In this document: positions 49,375 through 61,949 of the stretch, piece by piece
Layout of the letters: each line of letters begins with the position of its first letter
How positions within the stretch are numbered: position 1 is the stretch's first letter
DNA from: Macrostomum lignano
Lineage: Eukaryota
Length of the DNA stretch: 64,000 nucleotides
Direction of reading: 5' to 3'
NCBI GenBank assembly: GCA_002269645.1
Contig: NIVC01001159.1
Location: 423,414-487,413, forward strand
The notes under the pieces: model-generated
What the model was told of the DNA's origin: nothing
Databases searched by the model: none
The model's input: the letters and a program-made list of their open reading frames with translations, nothing else
Position numbers and translations under genes: made by a program

Positions 49375-51183
49375 TATCAATTTGGGTAATCACGGATGAC
49401 GCTTTAAAGAGCAGATGCTGCGGTCTGACTTTTATGCTAGCCCAGTGATTTTTTCAATGATTTTTTTCAACTGATTTCACACTGAATCAAACTTATTGAA
49501 AAACTAGGGACAGCAGGTGACTCAACTGCTTGCTAGCATGTTGTATGGCTGTATTTCTGTTGCATATTATGCACTCGCTATTTGGCTTTTTTTCAGTTCG
49601 AGGCTCGTGCGATTTTAGCTCTAGTTAAAATTCTAAATTTATAACTATAATTCTTGTTTCTTTATTAAGAGTATTGCAGAGTTTGTGTTGTTGTTTTTAG
49701 TAGAAATAGAAAATAAAATTGCTTCATAAATACTGCCGATTTAGTGTGATTTTCTACACTTAGAAACACTTTAACGCTTAATCAAAATATTTGTGTTAGT
49801 TTTTTTGCATGACATTGTTTTCAAATACAATTCTTACGCAGCAGTATATGTTGAGACGGAAAAACTAAGAGTACATGTAGATGTGTTTATTGTTTATGTG
49901 GCCTGTCGAGAATCCCCAACTCAGGAGGGCTGTTGTTGATTTTGGATCTAGCTCATTATTGTTCTCAAAACTAGAGACGGGTCATCTGGTGGCAGAGCTT
50001 AGATGAAGAAGCGTTAGCCTGATCAAATTGGGCTATCGTTTACATGTACGTTTTTGCTTTTTAGTTTCCCAAATTTGTTGTATATTTTTAGTATATAGGA
50101 TATAATCTACATACATGCATATATTTCAGCATTGCATAGGCATACAGTATGTTAAAGCATTTTAGGTTGTAACTTGTCAGGCAATAATAATGCTACTTGT
50201 TATTTAATTGCTAATAAAAACAACTTCACTTAAACTAAACTAACCATTATTCGATTAAACTTCAAACGTATAGTAGCAAATCTAGCAAACCCCGATGATT
50301 TCACGAGACTGAACCGATAAAGATGATAAGATATTTTTTGTCGGTTTTAGGCAAATTTTACACATATATGACGCTTCAAAATAGTAAAACAAGCATTAGA
50401 GCAATTTATTACTTATAATAATTTTAATTTTAATTTGTCAATATAACAATACAAAACTAAAGTATTTAGTAACATATAACATTACTTGATAATTTTTTTT
50501 CAGGTTTCATAACCTGGATTTTAAGTATATTTTCTGCGATGAATATCAGAAAATGTGGAACAAACTCAGCAAGCACCCGGACACTTTAATTTTGAAACAA
50601 GAAGACAGAGTTTTCATTTTTTGGTAAATTTTAATCGATTAAGCGATGGCTCTATCTTGAGAAAAATCTACTTGTATTCGCTGTTTTTTGTGCAATATAT
50701 TTCCTGACTCTTAAATTGGCAACCCTAAAATTAAATCCAGGATGCAAATTTGCATTCCTTATATTTTAAAAAATATAGTATTGATGTGCGTTAAAGTAAA
50801 ACATGTAGGCCCTATCTTTTTATTAAGTTTCAATCTAGATCTAGCGCCTTTCTTCCATTGCAGATCTATGTATGAGTATGACTAGGGTCTATGGCTAGGG
50901 TCTGGCTTCTATTCTAGCCATTTGATCCAAACAACTAATTGATAAGAAAGAAAATGCAAATGTAATATGAATTTTATATTTTATAAACTGTTAGCAGTGT
51001 TATCTTTACTTAAGAATTCACAACCTTGAATTATATTTTGGGATACACTTCTGCAATTTATATAAAGAAAGCCTTAAAAAGGCTTTATAAAATTTATAAG
51101 CCTAAGGCTAGGCCTATGCTTCTTTTGAAAAAGACTATGAATAAAATGCCTTTGATAGGAAAATTCTCGTATATATATATAGG

Positions 51184-51722
51184 CCATAGTCCGGATCATG
51201 CTGGGTGCACGCCCGAACAAAAATTGAATAATTACAAATGCACGCCGAAAAAAACTTAGTGCACGCCCATTCTAAAAAATATGCCGGTGTTGCGACAATA
51301 AATGACCTTTTTTACGTTGTGACAATAAAAGACCTTTTTTAAAATTGCGTAATAGACCCTTAATATTAAATAATTTTGTTGCTTTTAAAGCTATCTTGGT
51401 GATACTATTCACAGCGGAAAGTTTATACACGCAAAAATTTGTTTATATTGTACTTTATGAGCTAGAAAAACCCGGAAAGCTTGAAATTTGCGCTTAAAAA
51501 TGAACTTTTTTTTATCTTTTTTCTTACGTACTTTACAATAACTCTTACGCGTGATTCTATAAAGTGCACGCCAGGTGTGCACGCATACTATTTTCTCACG
51601 AGTGATGCACGCCAACTTTTAGTGCGTGTGCCATTGCACGCCAACTATGCACGCCAACTTTGGCATGCAAAGCAAATGCACGCCCGAATTTTCGGGCGTA
51701 TACTACATGATCCGGACTATGG
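51184..51722. mobile_element. 539-bp hAT-like MITE
   Basis: Perfect 17-bp TIR CCATAGTCCGGATCATG; 8-bp TSD TATATAGG at 51176-51183 and 51723-51730; many internal TGCACGCC subrepeats. Confidence 0.82.
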
Positions 51723-52339
51723 TATATAGGGCCTAACTTTATAGGGGGTAAGCCTTTTTGGCAACATTCAAGAATTGTTTGCTAAACTGGCAAATTGGCA
51801 AAAGTTTCGCAAATCTTGGGATTCATAGGATCAGGATATCCTGGACTTTGAAAACCCTGAGATTCTTTGGATTGAGATATCTTGGACTTTGCCAATCCCA
51901 GGATCCAGGGATTGAAAAGGTTTCTAATTTTTCTTAGTACAATTTTGGTTTATGAAGCTATCTAATATATTTTAAAAGGCATTTAATCATAAAAGTATAA
52001 TAGAATAAAAGATTTTGCAATTTGCAATATTAGAAACTGACAGTGAGCTTTGAATTAGAGTGTGATATATAGGCGGGCATAATAGACATGCTTTTTCACA
52101 TGCCAGTATTAGGTTAGGAAAATCACTTAAGATATAACTTGGGGAATGATAGCTTATCATCAGCTATAGCCTGATATACTGATACCAGGTTAGAAAGGGA
52201 TCAAACCTCACCCTCCTAAGGGCATCTGCCCTAGATAGAGAATTAGTAGCTTTGGTTGTTATCTAATAGCAAGGTCTCAACTCCCACTGTTCTAATCCTA
52301 TCTATGGCTTAGGAGTTTTAAAAGTAGGAACTAAAAGTA

Positions 52340-53201
52340 GGTGTCCCATAAGTAACTTTACAACTTGTTTCGTGAATAACTTTGTGATTAATGCTTGGAT
52401 CCCCTCCAGATTTTAGCATAGGAAAATATATAGAAAAGGGATTTTTTTGACACCAAAAGCATGTTCATACGTTGATATTTTATTATTCAAATGGTAATTT
52501 AAAAAAATACCAGATCCCATCAGATTTCTCCTGACCTAACGCCCTTGGATTACTGGTTGTAGGGCGATCTGAAGCAGAGAGTCTATGCAATGCAGCCGCA
52601 CACAATCGATGAGCTCCGACAGAGGATCTCAGACGAAGTGGCCCAGATTTCGCCTGAGATGCTTACCAAAGCCCTGCTGGACTTTCCGCGGCGGCTGGAG
52701 GCCTGCCTTACAAACGGTGGTGGCCACATCGAAGGACCCTGAATGGACTGTATTTTTTAATGTATGAACATGCTTTTGGTGTCAAAAAATCCCTTTTCTA
52801 TATATTTTCTTATGCTAAAATCTGGTGGGGATCATACATGCGCAACAGTCGGCCGAGTCGGCCAATCCGGCCGACTGATTTGGCGGCCAACCAAGGAAGT
52901 CGCAAAAAAGCCCACCCAAAAAAATACTAAAGTAGTAGTACTAAGTAGCTGACGAGGCATTTTGCCTTAATAAAACAGTCATAGTTACTCCTGCCGTTTA
53001 CCCAAAGTTGCGTTAATTTTGCGTTTGGGTTTTTTTTACATGTAAGTCGCATTTTTGGCCAAAAACTACGTCGCATTTTTGTTAAAACTAAGTCGCATGG
53101 CCGACCGAATTTTGAAGGTTGCGCATGTATGGTGGGGATCCAAGCATTAATCACAAAGTTATTCATGAAACAAGTTGTAAAGTTACTTATGGGACACCCT
53201 G
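52340..53201 (+). mobile_element. Internally deleted Tc1/mariner element with a transposase C-terminal remnant (about 52528-52735); right TIR interrupted by a MITE
   Basis: About 130-bp TIRs; the right end reads TA|CAGGGTGTCCC on the reverse strand. The remnant translates SPDLTPLDYWL*GDLKQRVYAMQPHTIDELRQRI...RRLEACL/NGGGHIE (one stop, one frameshift). Confidence 0.85.
52833..53131. mobile_element. 299-bp MITE with 8-bp TSD (hAT/P-like) inserted in the mariner TIR
   Basis: Perfect 14-bp TIR CATACATGCGCAAC; TSD GTGGGGAT at 52825-52832 and 53132-53139. Confidence 0.85.
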
Positions 53202-55478
53202 TAGTTCTGCCACCAACCCTATTCTGGATATCTAAAGGGCTATGTCCTGACAATGTTAAAAGTAAGGTCTTCTGCATAGGGGGCTTCTTATCTGTGCAAG
53301 TTTAAGACCACCTGATTTTAGCTAGGTTTGAGATACAGAGGGAAAGTTCAAATGAACCATGATTTGACTCTTGTCTAGCAAGTACCAGCACTATGATTAG
53401 AAACAATGAGAAATAGGCTTTTATTGCTTTAGGCTCTATGCACAGGTTTTTCAATTAATTACATTAGTCTGTAAGTAACATATGCATACAGCTACATGTA
53501 TATTGTTATACCTAAAATCTCCTTACAATCTACCAACAGCTTTAGTTTTGTATCCCTACAGTCCTAGCCTTCTTACTAGCCTGCATGTCTAAAAGATTAA
53601 TAAATCAAAGCAAGACAAAGGGGTGATGATTTTCACCTGACAGTAGCTCAGCTGCAGATACTACTGTTTGAGAATGAATGATTGAGTTATTGCAAACTGG
53701 GATCAGGATCTCAATGGTCAATCCTAGGATTTTTGAATCCTAGACAAGTGTGATCCTAGGATTTAGGCCTAATCAAAATCCCAGGATTCTAAATCCTATG
53801 ATTTGGGCCTAATCTTGGGATTTTGGGATCCTAGGATCCTAGGATTGTATTCCCTATGCATGACAATGGAAAATTTTTGCTTAGATCTGTGGCATACCTG
53901 TGTACATATTAGGATCAAATAAAGTGACTTTATGTAAGATATGCTATATCCATGCAACACTGTCAACATGGATTCACAGAAAAAGGAATAATGAAAAACA
54001 AATTTAAATTTTGTGCTCTAAAAACATTTTTTATTAATTTTCAGCAAAAGAGTATTCAAAATACTTCTTTTATAATTGTCTTTTCTCAGTGCACATTTCA
54101 ATAGTGCATAATTTTTTAGTTTATTATTCTGCATGAAAATTAAATTCAAGAATAAAAACTGTTATATAAAGTTGAAAAAAATATTTTTTGTCTTGGTATA
54201 CAAATATGGTCTTGTAATTTTTCCCCTATTGGACCTGATGTACACTAATATACCAACTGAACTATGTCCCATTGATATCGTTTCTATGTCTACTGCCAGA
54301 TTTTGGTACAAATTTTGCACAAATTTGAGTTTAGTGCATGATTCTTGAATATTGCTACTTTTTTAGGCCAATATCTTGGTGGCATATATGGAAATGGCCT
54401 AGTGTACAATGCGATAGTGCAAGACAATGGCATAGCATAGGGTTTTTATAAATACTTAAGTGTACCATTATAAAAATTATGAGAGCATATATTTTAATTT
54501 AAGTATATTTTGCTATATAAACTCTATAGTCAGAAAGGTGGCCTTTGCCATGGAAATTCTAGTATACAATCATAGTATACACAAGGGATATATGATGTTC
54601 TCAATACATAATCATAATGCATGCAAGGGGTCCCTAATGCACTTAGTGCATAATTATGGCAGAGATTAAGATCTCTAATGCATATGGTGCACAACTTTTT
54701 TGACAAAAATTTTGTAAAACAACTATTAGTTAATCTAATCTAATTTGTACTTTAAAAATTATGTATAATATTGTTGTTAATGAATTGGTATGCTAGTTGA
54801 TCAATGGAACAAATTGATAGACTTATGCTGCATTTGCAATTCTTAGAATAAAGCCACCCTTTTATTTGGTATCCCACTTATATGACAGTTGCATTGAATA
54901 TATAGTGAAAAAGTAAGGACAACATATATTGATATAAATTCTATAAAATTCCTTTCAAGTAGCCTGACTAGAAATGAATTGACAAACTAGGCCTGTATAG
55001 AAAGTATTCCCTATGTCATTAACAAATAATCTATTGAGAATATCATAGAACAAAAGTTAGTTAAGACTGATTGGATTTATTGCAATATGGGTAGATAAAG
55101 TCGACATAGGTCAAAGAAACTTTACATTAAGGCAAATAATTGGTTTATGGTATAAATTTGTGCCAGATCTATTAACTGCTTTAATACTATAAGTGCTCAT
55201 TCCCACTGCCATTAAATAAAACCAAACTTAATGTGCTGTCTTGTATGTAAGCTGTACTGCTAAAAATAATTGCTTGTGGAGTGTAAATGAAGAAAGAATG
55301 TGCAGTGCACATCATATTAATTGGCCGCATTATAAATTGCTTGCATTGCTTTATGGCTTCCTCCTGTCAGCAGTAGTTCGTCAAGTGGGATTGCAAGATT
55401 GGCAGAGCGCCAGAGAGTCTCAGTTCCAGTGCAGCCACCCATCAGCGCAGATCTAGAGTAGGCCCTTCAAATCATCGG

Positions 55479-58400
55479 ATGACGATGGCCAGCCGCTTGG
55501 ACTCCGGCCTGGACGAGCGCCTGGTCGAGGAGGTGGAGGGCGGCGAAGAAGACGAGGACGGCGATTTCGCGTCAGGCGCCGAGGTAGCCGCAGATCAGGA
55601 CGTCGACGCGTTCGACGACAATGAGCAATTCAGGGAGCAGCACGCCGTCAAAGTGATCCAGCGCTATTATCGGGGCTACAAATTGCGCAAAGATTTCGAT
55701 CAGATGCGCGACGATAAGCGCTGCTCTAGGCGCCTGGATCTTGGCGCTATTGGCGCCAATAGTGCGCTAGACATGTCCGATAGCGCCGTGGACGTCACTG
55801 CTTTGAGCATTGAGCAGAAGCAGCAACAGCAACACTCCAGCAGCAAATCTAAGAAGCAGCAACAGCAGCGCCACCAGCATCATCCAAGGCATCAGCATCG
55901 GCACAATTCCCTTGACGACATCCTTGTTGGCAATGACGAAGCCTTCCTGGCCTGGCAGCGCAGTCTGCAGCCTTTGGGAGTCGGCGGCGGCAATGGAAAC
56001 ACCGGAGGCGAAGGCGGCGGCATCAGCGGAGGCGACGCAACGGACGGCGATTCGCCCGGCCAGGACAGCGGGGTGCACAGCAGCGAGCAGCTGGTAGCTG
56101 CTGCGGCCTCCGCGTCCACCACCGTCGCTTCGTCGACGCCGTCGCGACCTTCGTCACATTCGCAGCAGTTTCACCATCAGCAGCCGCAGCGCCCGCCGCT
56201 TGTCAAGCGCTGCCACTCCTGCTCAGCCGCTGCCGCCGCCGCTGCCGCCGCTGGCGGAGCATCTTCAACTGGAACGCCTCCGTCTGCTGATTTCCTGTCT
56301 TCTGCTTTGCCGCAAAAGCAGCAAACTCAGAAAGCGCAGACTGCTCATAGTCAGCATCATCATCATCATCAGCAGGCTCAGATGCCGCCATCGGCATCCG
56401 TCCCAGCCATGGTCTCGGGCGCCGTTGGCAACGGGAGCTCCCCAGCTGTTGCCACGTGTCCCCGGCACCAGCAGCAGCAGCAGCCGGCCTCCTACGCCTC
56501 TCACTACAGTCACAACGATCGAGTTCGAAAGAGAACCTATCGGATCGGTTTGAACTTTTTTAATAGGTGCGATTTTTAATTGCTTTTTTTAAGCTCGTTG
56601 AAAATGGGGCCCTGGTTTTGAAACAGCGATGCCAGCTAGAGGGGGGGCGAAGTTCAGTAATTTCTGCACCATGTGTGTTTACCAGATTGTTCGGTCTATA
56701 AAGGTATCTCCGCTAAGTAAACATTGCCCACAGCCACTTGGTAACTGCTGCCAATTATAATTGGACTTCGCGCCTTGCTGTTAGTTTATATAGAACTTCC
56801 TCTTCTGAAACTTGAGGTTCAGTTTTAAACGCGGTCCAGTCCAATTCAATTCCAGGCTGTGCTGTGCTGTTAATTGTGAATATTATTTCACGTGAATTCA
56901 TTGAAAAGAGCTTGTCAAGATGAGATTTTAGTGCTGAAAATGAGCATTAGCTGTTTATAAAGTGGAGAGTAAAAGTATATAGGTAGATATAGAGAGTTAG
57001 ATGGGTTAAGTGTACAGATATAGATATGTTACTGTAGAAAAGTAGAGGGGAGTAGGGGTGAGAAGTAGAGGGGTAGGATGGAAAAGTAGAGGGGAGTAGG
57101 GGTGAGAAGTAGAGGGGTAGGATGGAAAAGTAGAGGGGAGTAGGGGTGAGAAGTAGAGGGGTAGGATGCAAAAGTAGAGGGGAGTAGGGGTGAGAAGTAG
57201 AGGGGTAGGATGCAAAAGTAGAGGGGAGTAGGGGTGAGAAGTAGAGGGGTAGGATGCAAAAGTAGAGGGGAGTAGGGGTGAGAAGTAGAGAGGTAGGATG
57301 CAAAAGTAGAGGGGAGTAGGGGTGAGAAGTAGAGGGGTAGGATGCAAAAGTAGAGGGGAGTAGGGGTGAGAAGTAGAGAGGTATGATGAAGAAGTAGAGG
57401 GAAGATGGAGAAGTAGAGTGATACGATTCTGGAGTAGAGGGATAGGATGGAGAAGTAGGCCTAGATAGTAGAAGAGGTGAGTAGAGAGAGGATAGAGAAG
57501 TAGGTACAGATAAATGCGTTTGGCCAAGTAAAGTTGCTGCTGGGCCTTGGCACAGTTTATAGTTATATTTAGTTAGTACCTGTCACCATGGCTCTGAATC
57601 GGTTGCGCAACACACCCAATGCCCGCTAATTCCAGGAAACCGGACAAGGGCATCCAGTTCCTGATTGGGCACCACTTCATCCAGAACAGCCCCTCAGCCG
57701 TGGCCAGATTCCTGCTGCACCGCAAAGGCCTCTGCAAGCAGGTGATCTCCAATTACCTCGGCCAGTGCCACGCCTCCGCCTTTGTAAACAGGGTGTGCGA
57801 CCATTTTTTAAACGACTTCGACTTTGCCAGCAAGCCTTTGGACATTGCGCTGAGGGAATTTCTACAGTTTATCGAGATTAAGGTATGCCACTGGTCTGTT
57901 GACTCCCTTTAACTAATCGGCCTCAGGCTCCCTTCCGCTGTCTGCCGCTCCCTTCCCCTTGTCTGCCGCTCCCTTTCCCCTGTCTGCCGCTCCCTTCCCC
58001 CTGTCTGCCGCTCCCTTTCCGCTGTCTGCCGCTCCCTTCCCCCTGTCTGCCGCTCCCTTCCCCCTGTCTGCCGCTCCCTTCCCCCTGTCTGCCGCTCCCT
58101 TACCCCTGTCTGCCGCTATCTTACCCCTGTCTGCCGCTATCTTACCCCTGTCTGCCGCTATCTTACCCCTGTCTGCCGCTCCCTTACCCCTGTCTGCCGC
58201 TATCTTACCCCTGTCTGCCACTCCCTTCCCGCTGTCTGCCGCTCCCTTCCCCCTGTCTGCCGCTCCATTCCCTTCCCCCTGTCTGCCGCTCCTTTCCCTT
58301 CCCCCTGTCTGCCGCTCCTTTCCCTTCCCCCTGTCTGCCGCTCCCTTCCCGCACAGCGCAGCCATGGCTAGGTAGTTCATCCCATTTCAGCGCTGGTGCA

Positions 58401-61400
58401 GCCGCGCTCGCCAGAAGTATTATCGTGCGCAGCTGGCGTGTACCGGGTGGGTGCAGGGAGGGGGTTGGTGTTGAGTTAGTTTTGCCCATAAAGCCCTAGC
58501 AGAGCCGTAAGCGCAACTGATGAAGCTCTGTTGCTAAGAGCCTATGAGCAGCTCTGCTGCCGCCTCCTGGACACGCAGATATTAATCATTCATTTTGGGC
58601 TGCTCGATGCGCGCAGGCTTAAGCACGTTTTGAAGTGGGTTAGCGAAGTTTTATGGGAGGGGTAGGCGGTCTTGGCTGCTGCCGCGGCTCGATGCTTCAG
58701 CTGTTTTTCAGGGAGAGGAATTGAGTGGGACTGGGGGGGGGGCAGGACAGCAAAATAGTAATCTACTAGTAGAGAGAACATTTCTCCGTAAGCAAATGCT
58801 CTACTCCAGCCCTTGCGCTGGCTGCGTACTTTTTATCATATATTTAAGGGAAAATTATCCTACTCAATTTCCAAGAATCATCAGAAAAAAGTTCTCAAAC
58901 TTCCATATTGAATATGGTTGACCTTGTTAAAGAAATTTATATATGCTGTTCTGCTGCTTAGCCGAAGCGAAGCAGAAGTGCAGGCGGGCTTAAGTCTACC
59001 CCACCCCCATTCCCTCTCTCACTCTCGTCTCCTGCCTATGTGGAGCCTCATCTGGCGCAATGATTGCAGCCCAATGATTAGATTCTGTTTGAGCTGTCCT
59101 TTACACTCCTCAACTCCCCTCTCTCTCTATCTCTCTCGGACTCTAAATGATAGCCGAGAAATCGTTATTATCTTGCATAAAGCTGCCTTATATTACAATA
59201 TATTATTTTATATTACTACTGCGTCAGTCCCGAGTATTCTCTCTTTCTCTTTCTCCCTGCATTAAAGAGAATAGAAGACGGGCGCGCGCTTGCGTTTCTT
59301 TGCCTTTTTGTTTCATCATATCATAAAACATCGTATCGTATCATTGCACTGATGCTTCTGTTCGCTGATCCCTTCCGTTATGAGGAGTTTTATGCCGATT
59401 TTTACTTGCTTGGCAATTAACACTGTTGAACGTGGTCTTCGATATGCACACCTCAAAATCCTCTCCATCCCCGATGTACGCAGCCCTTATCAATCCACCC
59501 ATCCCCAATGTACACAGCTCTTATCCCATCCCTAATGTCCGCAGCCCTTATCAATCCACCCCATCCCCAATGTACGCAGCCCTTATTAATCCACCCCATC
59601 CCTAATGTACGCAGTCCTTATCAATCCACCCCATCCCCAATGTACGCAGCCCTTATCAATCCACCCCATCCTCAATGTACGCAGCCCTTATCAATCCACC
59701 CCATCCCCAATGTACGCAGCCCTTATCAATCCACCCCATCCCCAATGTACGCAGCCCTTATCAATCCACCCATCTCCAATGTACGCAGCCCTTATCAATC
59801 CACCCCATCCCCAATGTACGCAGCCCTTATCAATCCACCCATCTCCAATGTACGCAGCCCTTTTCAATCTACCCATCCCCAATGTACACAGCCCAATGTA
59901 CATATATAATGCACGCGGGTAACACGGTGAGCCCCCATCCGCCACCCAGGGCGAGGCCCAGGTGGTCAGCCGCATCCTGGAGAAATTCGCCAATCGCTAC
60001 ATCACCTGCAACGCCAGTTGGATAGCGGAGAAATTCCAAGACAGCGACGTCATCCACCTGTTAGTGTTCGCCGTGATGATGCTGAACACTGATCTGCACA
60101 ATATGAACAATAAGAAGAAGATTTCTCTGCGCGAGTTTGTGCACAATTTGCGCGGCTGCGACTCCGGCTCTGACCTGGCCGACACGCAGATGCTGGCGGA
60201 TCTGTACGAGCGAATCCGGGCCGAGCCGCTCCGAGCTGGCAGCGACCACGTGACTCAGGTGCGAATTTTTGCCAACGCCTGGGGTCCGGGATGAAGAGGG
60301 TGTGAAAAACTGGGATGATGGGGAAGAGGGTGTGGGGAACTGGGATGATGGGAAGAAGGTGTGGGAAACTGGGATGATGGGAAGGTGTGTGGAACTGGGA
60401 TGATGGGGAAGAATGTGTGGGGAACTGGGATGATGGGGAAGAATGTGTGGGGAACTGGGATGATGGGGAAGAGGGTGTTGGATGCTGGAATGGCTGGGAT
60501 TTCGTCATGGGTACTTATGTGAAGCTGGGCTGAAGATGTATACCAAGAGTCCCTAATCCGCTGATTCCCCACCCGCAGGTGCTGAAGATGGAGGCGCAGC
60601 TGTATGGCCGGCACCCGCCGCTGGCGGAGCCGCACAGGCGGCTTGTCTGCTTCTGCAAGCTGTCGCTGGTGAAGGACTGGAAAGGCCAGACTAAGCCGCG
60701 CCAATCGGAACGGGCGGTGTTCCTGTTCAATGATATGCTGATCGTCACCAAGTGTCTGGAGCGGAAGCGGCGGGTGTTCTATCAGTACAGAGGCTCGCTG
60801 GGGCTGCACAGGATGCAGGCAAGTTGTGCGGCTTGTTGGGGCTGCGGTTGTTTGGGATAATTGGGGCTGCGGTTGTTTGGGATAATTGGGGCTGCGGTTG
60901 TTTGGGATAATTGGGGCTGCGGTTGTTTGGGATAATTGGGGCTGCGGTTGTTTGGGATAATTGGGGCTGCGGTTGTTTGGGATAATTGGGGCTGCGGTTG
61001 TTTGGGATAATTGGGGCTGTGGTTGTTTGGGATAATTGGGGCTGCGGTTGTTTGGGATAATTGGGGCTGCGGTTGTTTGGGATAATTGGGGCTGCGGTTA
61101 TTTGGGATAATTGGGGCTGTGGTTGTTTGGGATAATTGGGGCTGCGGTTGTTTGGGATAATTGGGGCTGCGGTTGTTTGGGATAATTGGGGCTGCGGTGT
61201 ATTTGGGATAATTGGGGCTGTGATGTATTTGGGATAATTGGAAATGTGGTGTATTTGGGATTATTGGGGCTGTCGTGTATTTGGGATTATTGGGGATGTG
61301 GTGTATTTGGGATTATTGGGGATGTGGTGTATTTGGGATAATTGGTGCTGTGGTGTATTTGGGATAATTGGTGCTGTGGTGTATTTGGGATTATTTGGGC

Positions 61401-61949
61401 TGTGCTGTATTTGGGATTATTGGAGCTGTGCTGTATTTGGGGCTATTTGGGGTTTGGGATTCTGTATTTTCGATAATAGATAAGAAGCTCCTATCCCTAA
61501 TGCTCCCTAAGTTGGATAACTTCCAGCTCAGATTCGAACCCACGACCTCCCCCTTTGAACTCGTGCAGGTGTCGTTCAGCGTGCCGGACCGGCTGCAGCT
61601 GAGCTACCCGATCCACATCGTGGCGGATCCAGACGGCTGCGACCTGGACTCCGGCGGCGGCTGCCACCACGACATGGTATTCGCCGCCAGGAATTTTCAC
61701 GACAGGTCGCGATTCTGCGACGACCTGGTCGAATCGATTCACGAAGTCGGCGACATGCGGCGATTTGAGCGGTCGCTGTTTGCCGAGCCAGCGGTGTCCC
61801 AGCATCTGCAGCAACAGCAGGTGCTGCTTCATCACTCCCAGGTGCAGCAGCAGCATCCGCCCACTTGTCATCATCCGCCTCAAACTCGAAGAAGCCGAGC
61901 TTCCAGTGGCGGCGGCGGCAATTCCACGGCGACTACTAAAACTAATTGA
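55479..61949 (+). CDS. IQSEC1: IQ motif and Sec7 domain Arf-GEF (IQSEC/BRAG, schizo-like), 754 aa; exons 55479-56566, 57636-57882, 59950-60258, 60579-60818, 61569-61949
   Basis: IQ motif AVKVIQRYYRGYKLRK; RKRTYRIGLNFFN-R-KPDKG; Sec7 glutamic finger KGEAQ; AVMMLNTDLH; PH domain HRRLVCFCKL..RAVFLFNDML..DDLVESI. Exon sum 2265 nt is in frame. The start codon is less certain. Confidence 0.9.
57030..57400. repeat. 44-bp purine-rich minisatellite, IQSEC intron 1
   Basis: AAAAGTAGAGGGGAGTAGGGGTGAGAAGTAGAGGGGTAGGATGS; period measured between 57081 and 57125. Confidence 0.95.
57935..58345. repeat. 21-bp minisatellite CTGTCTGCCGCTCCCTTCCCC, IQSEC intron 2 (5' part)
   Basis: Direct inspection. Confidence 0.95.
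59465..59890. repeat. 35-bp minisatellite AATGTACGCAGCCCTTATCAATCCACCCCATCCCC, IQSEC intron 2 (3' part)
   Basis: Direct inspection. Confidence 0.95.
60285..60495. repeat. About 30-bp G-rich minisatellite GGAACTGGGATGATGGGGAAGAGGGTGTGG, IQSEC intron 3
   Basis: Direct inspection. Confidence 0.9.
60838..61440. repeat. 25-bp minisatellite GGGGCTGCGGTTGTTTGGGATAATT, degenerating towards its 3' end, IQSEC intron 4
   Basis: Direct inspection. Confidence 0.95.

Noticed and set aside
51815-53856. GGGATT/ATCCCAGG-rich patches at 51815-51915 and 53698-53856 as ends of one hAT element
   Set aside because: No matching TIR pair or TSD could be found; left unannotated.
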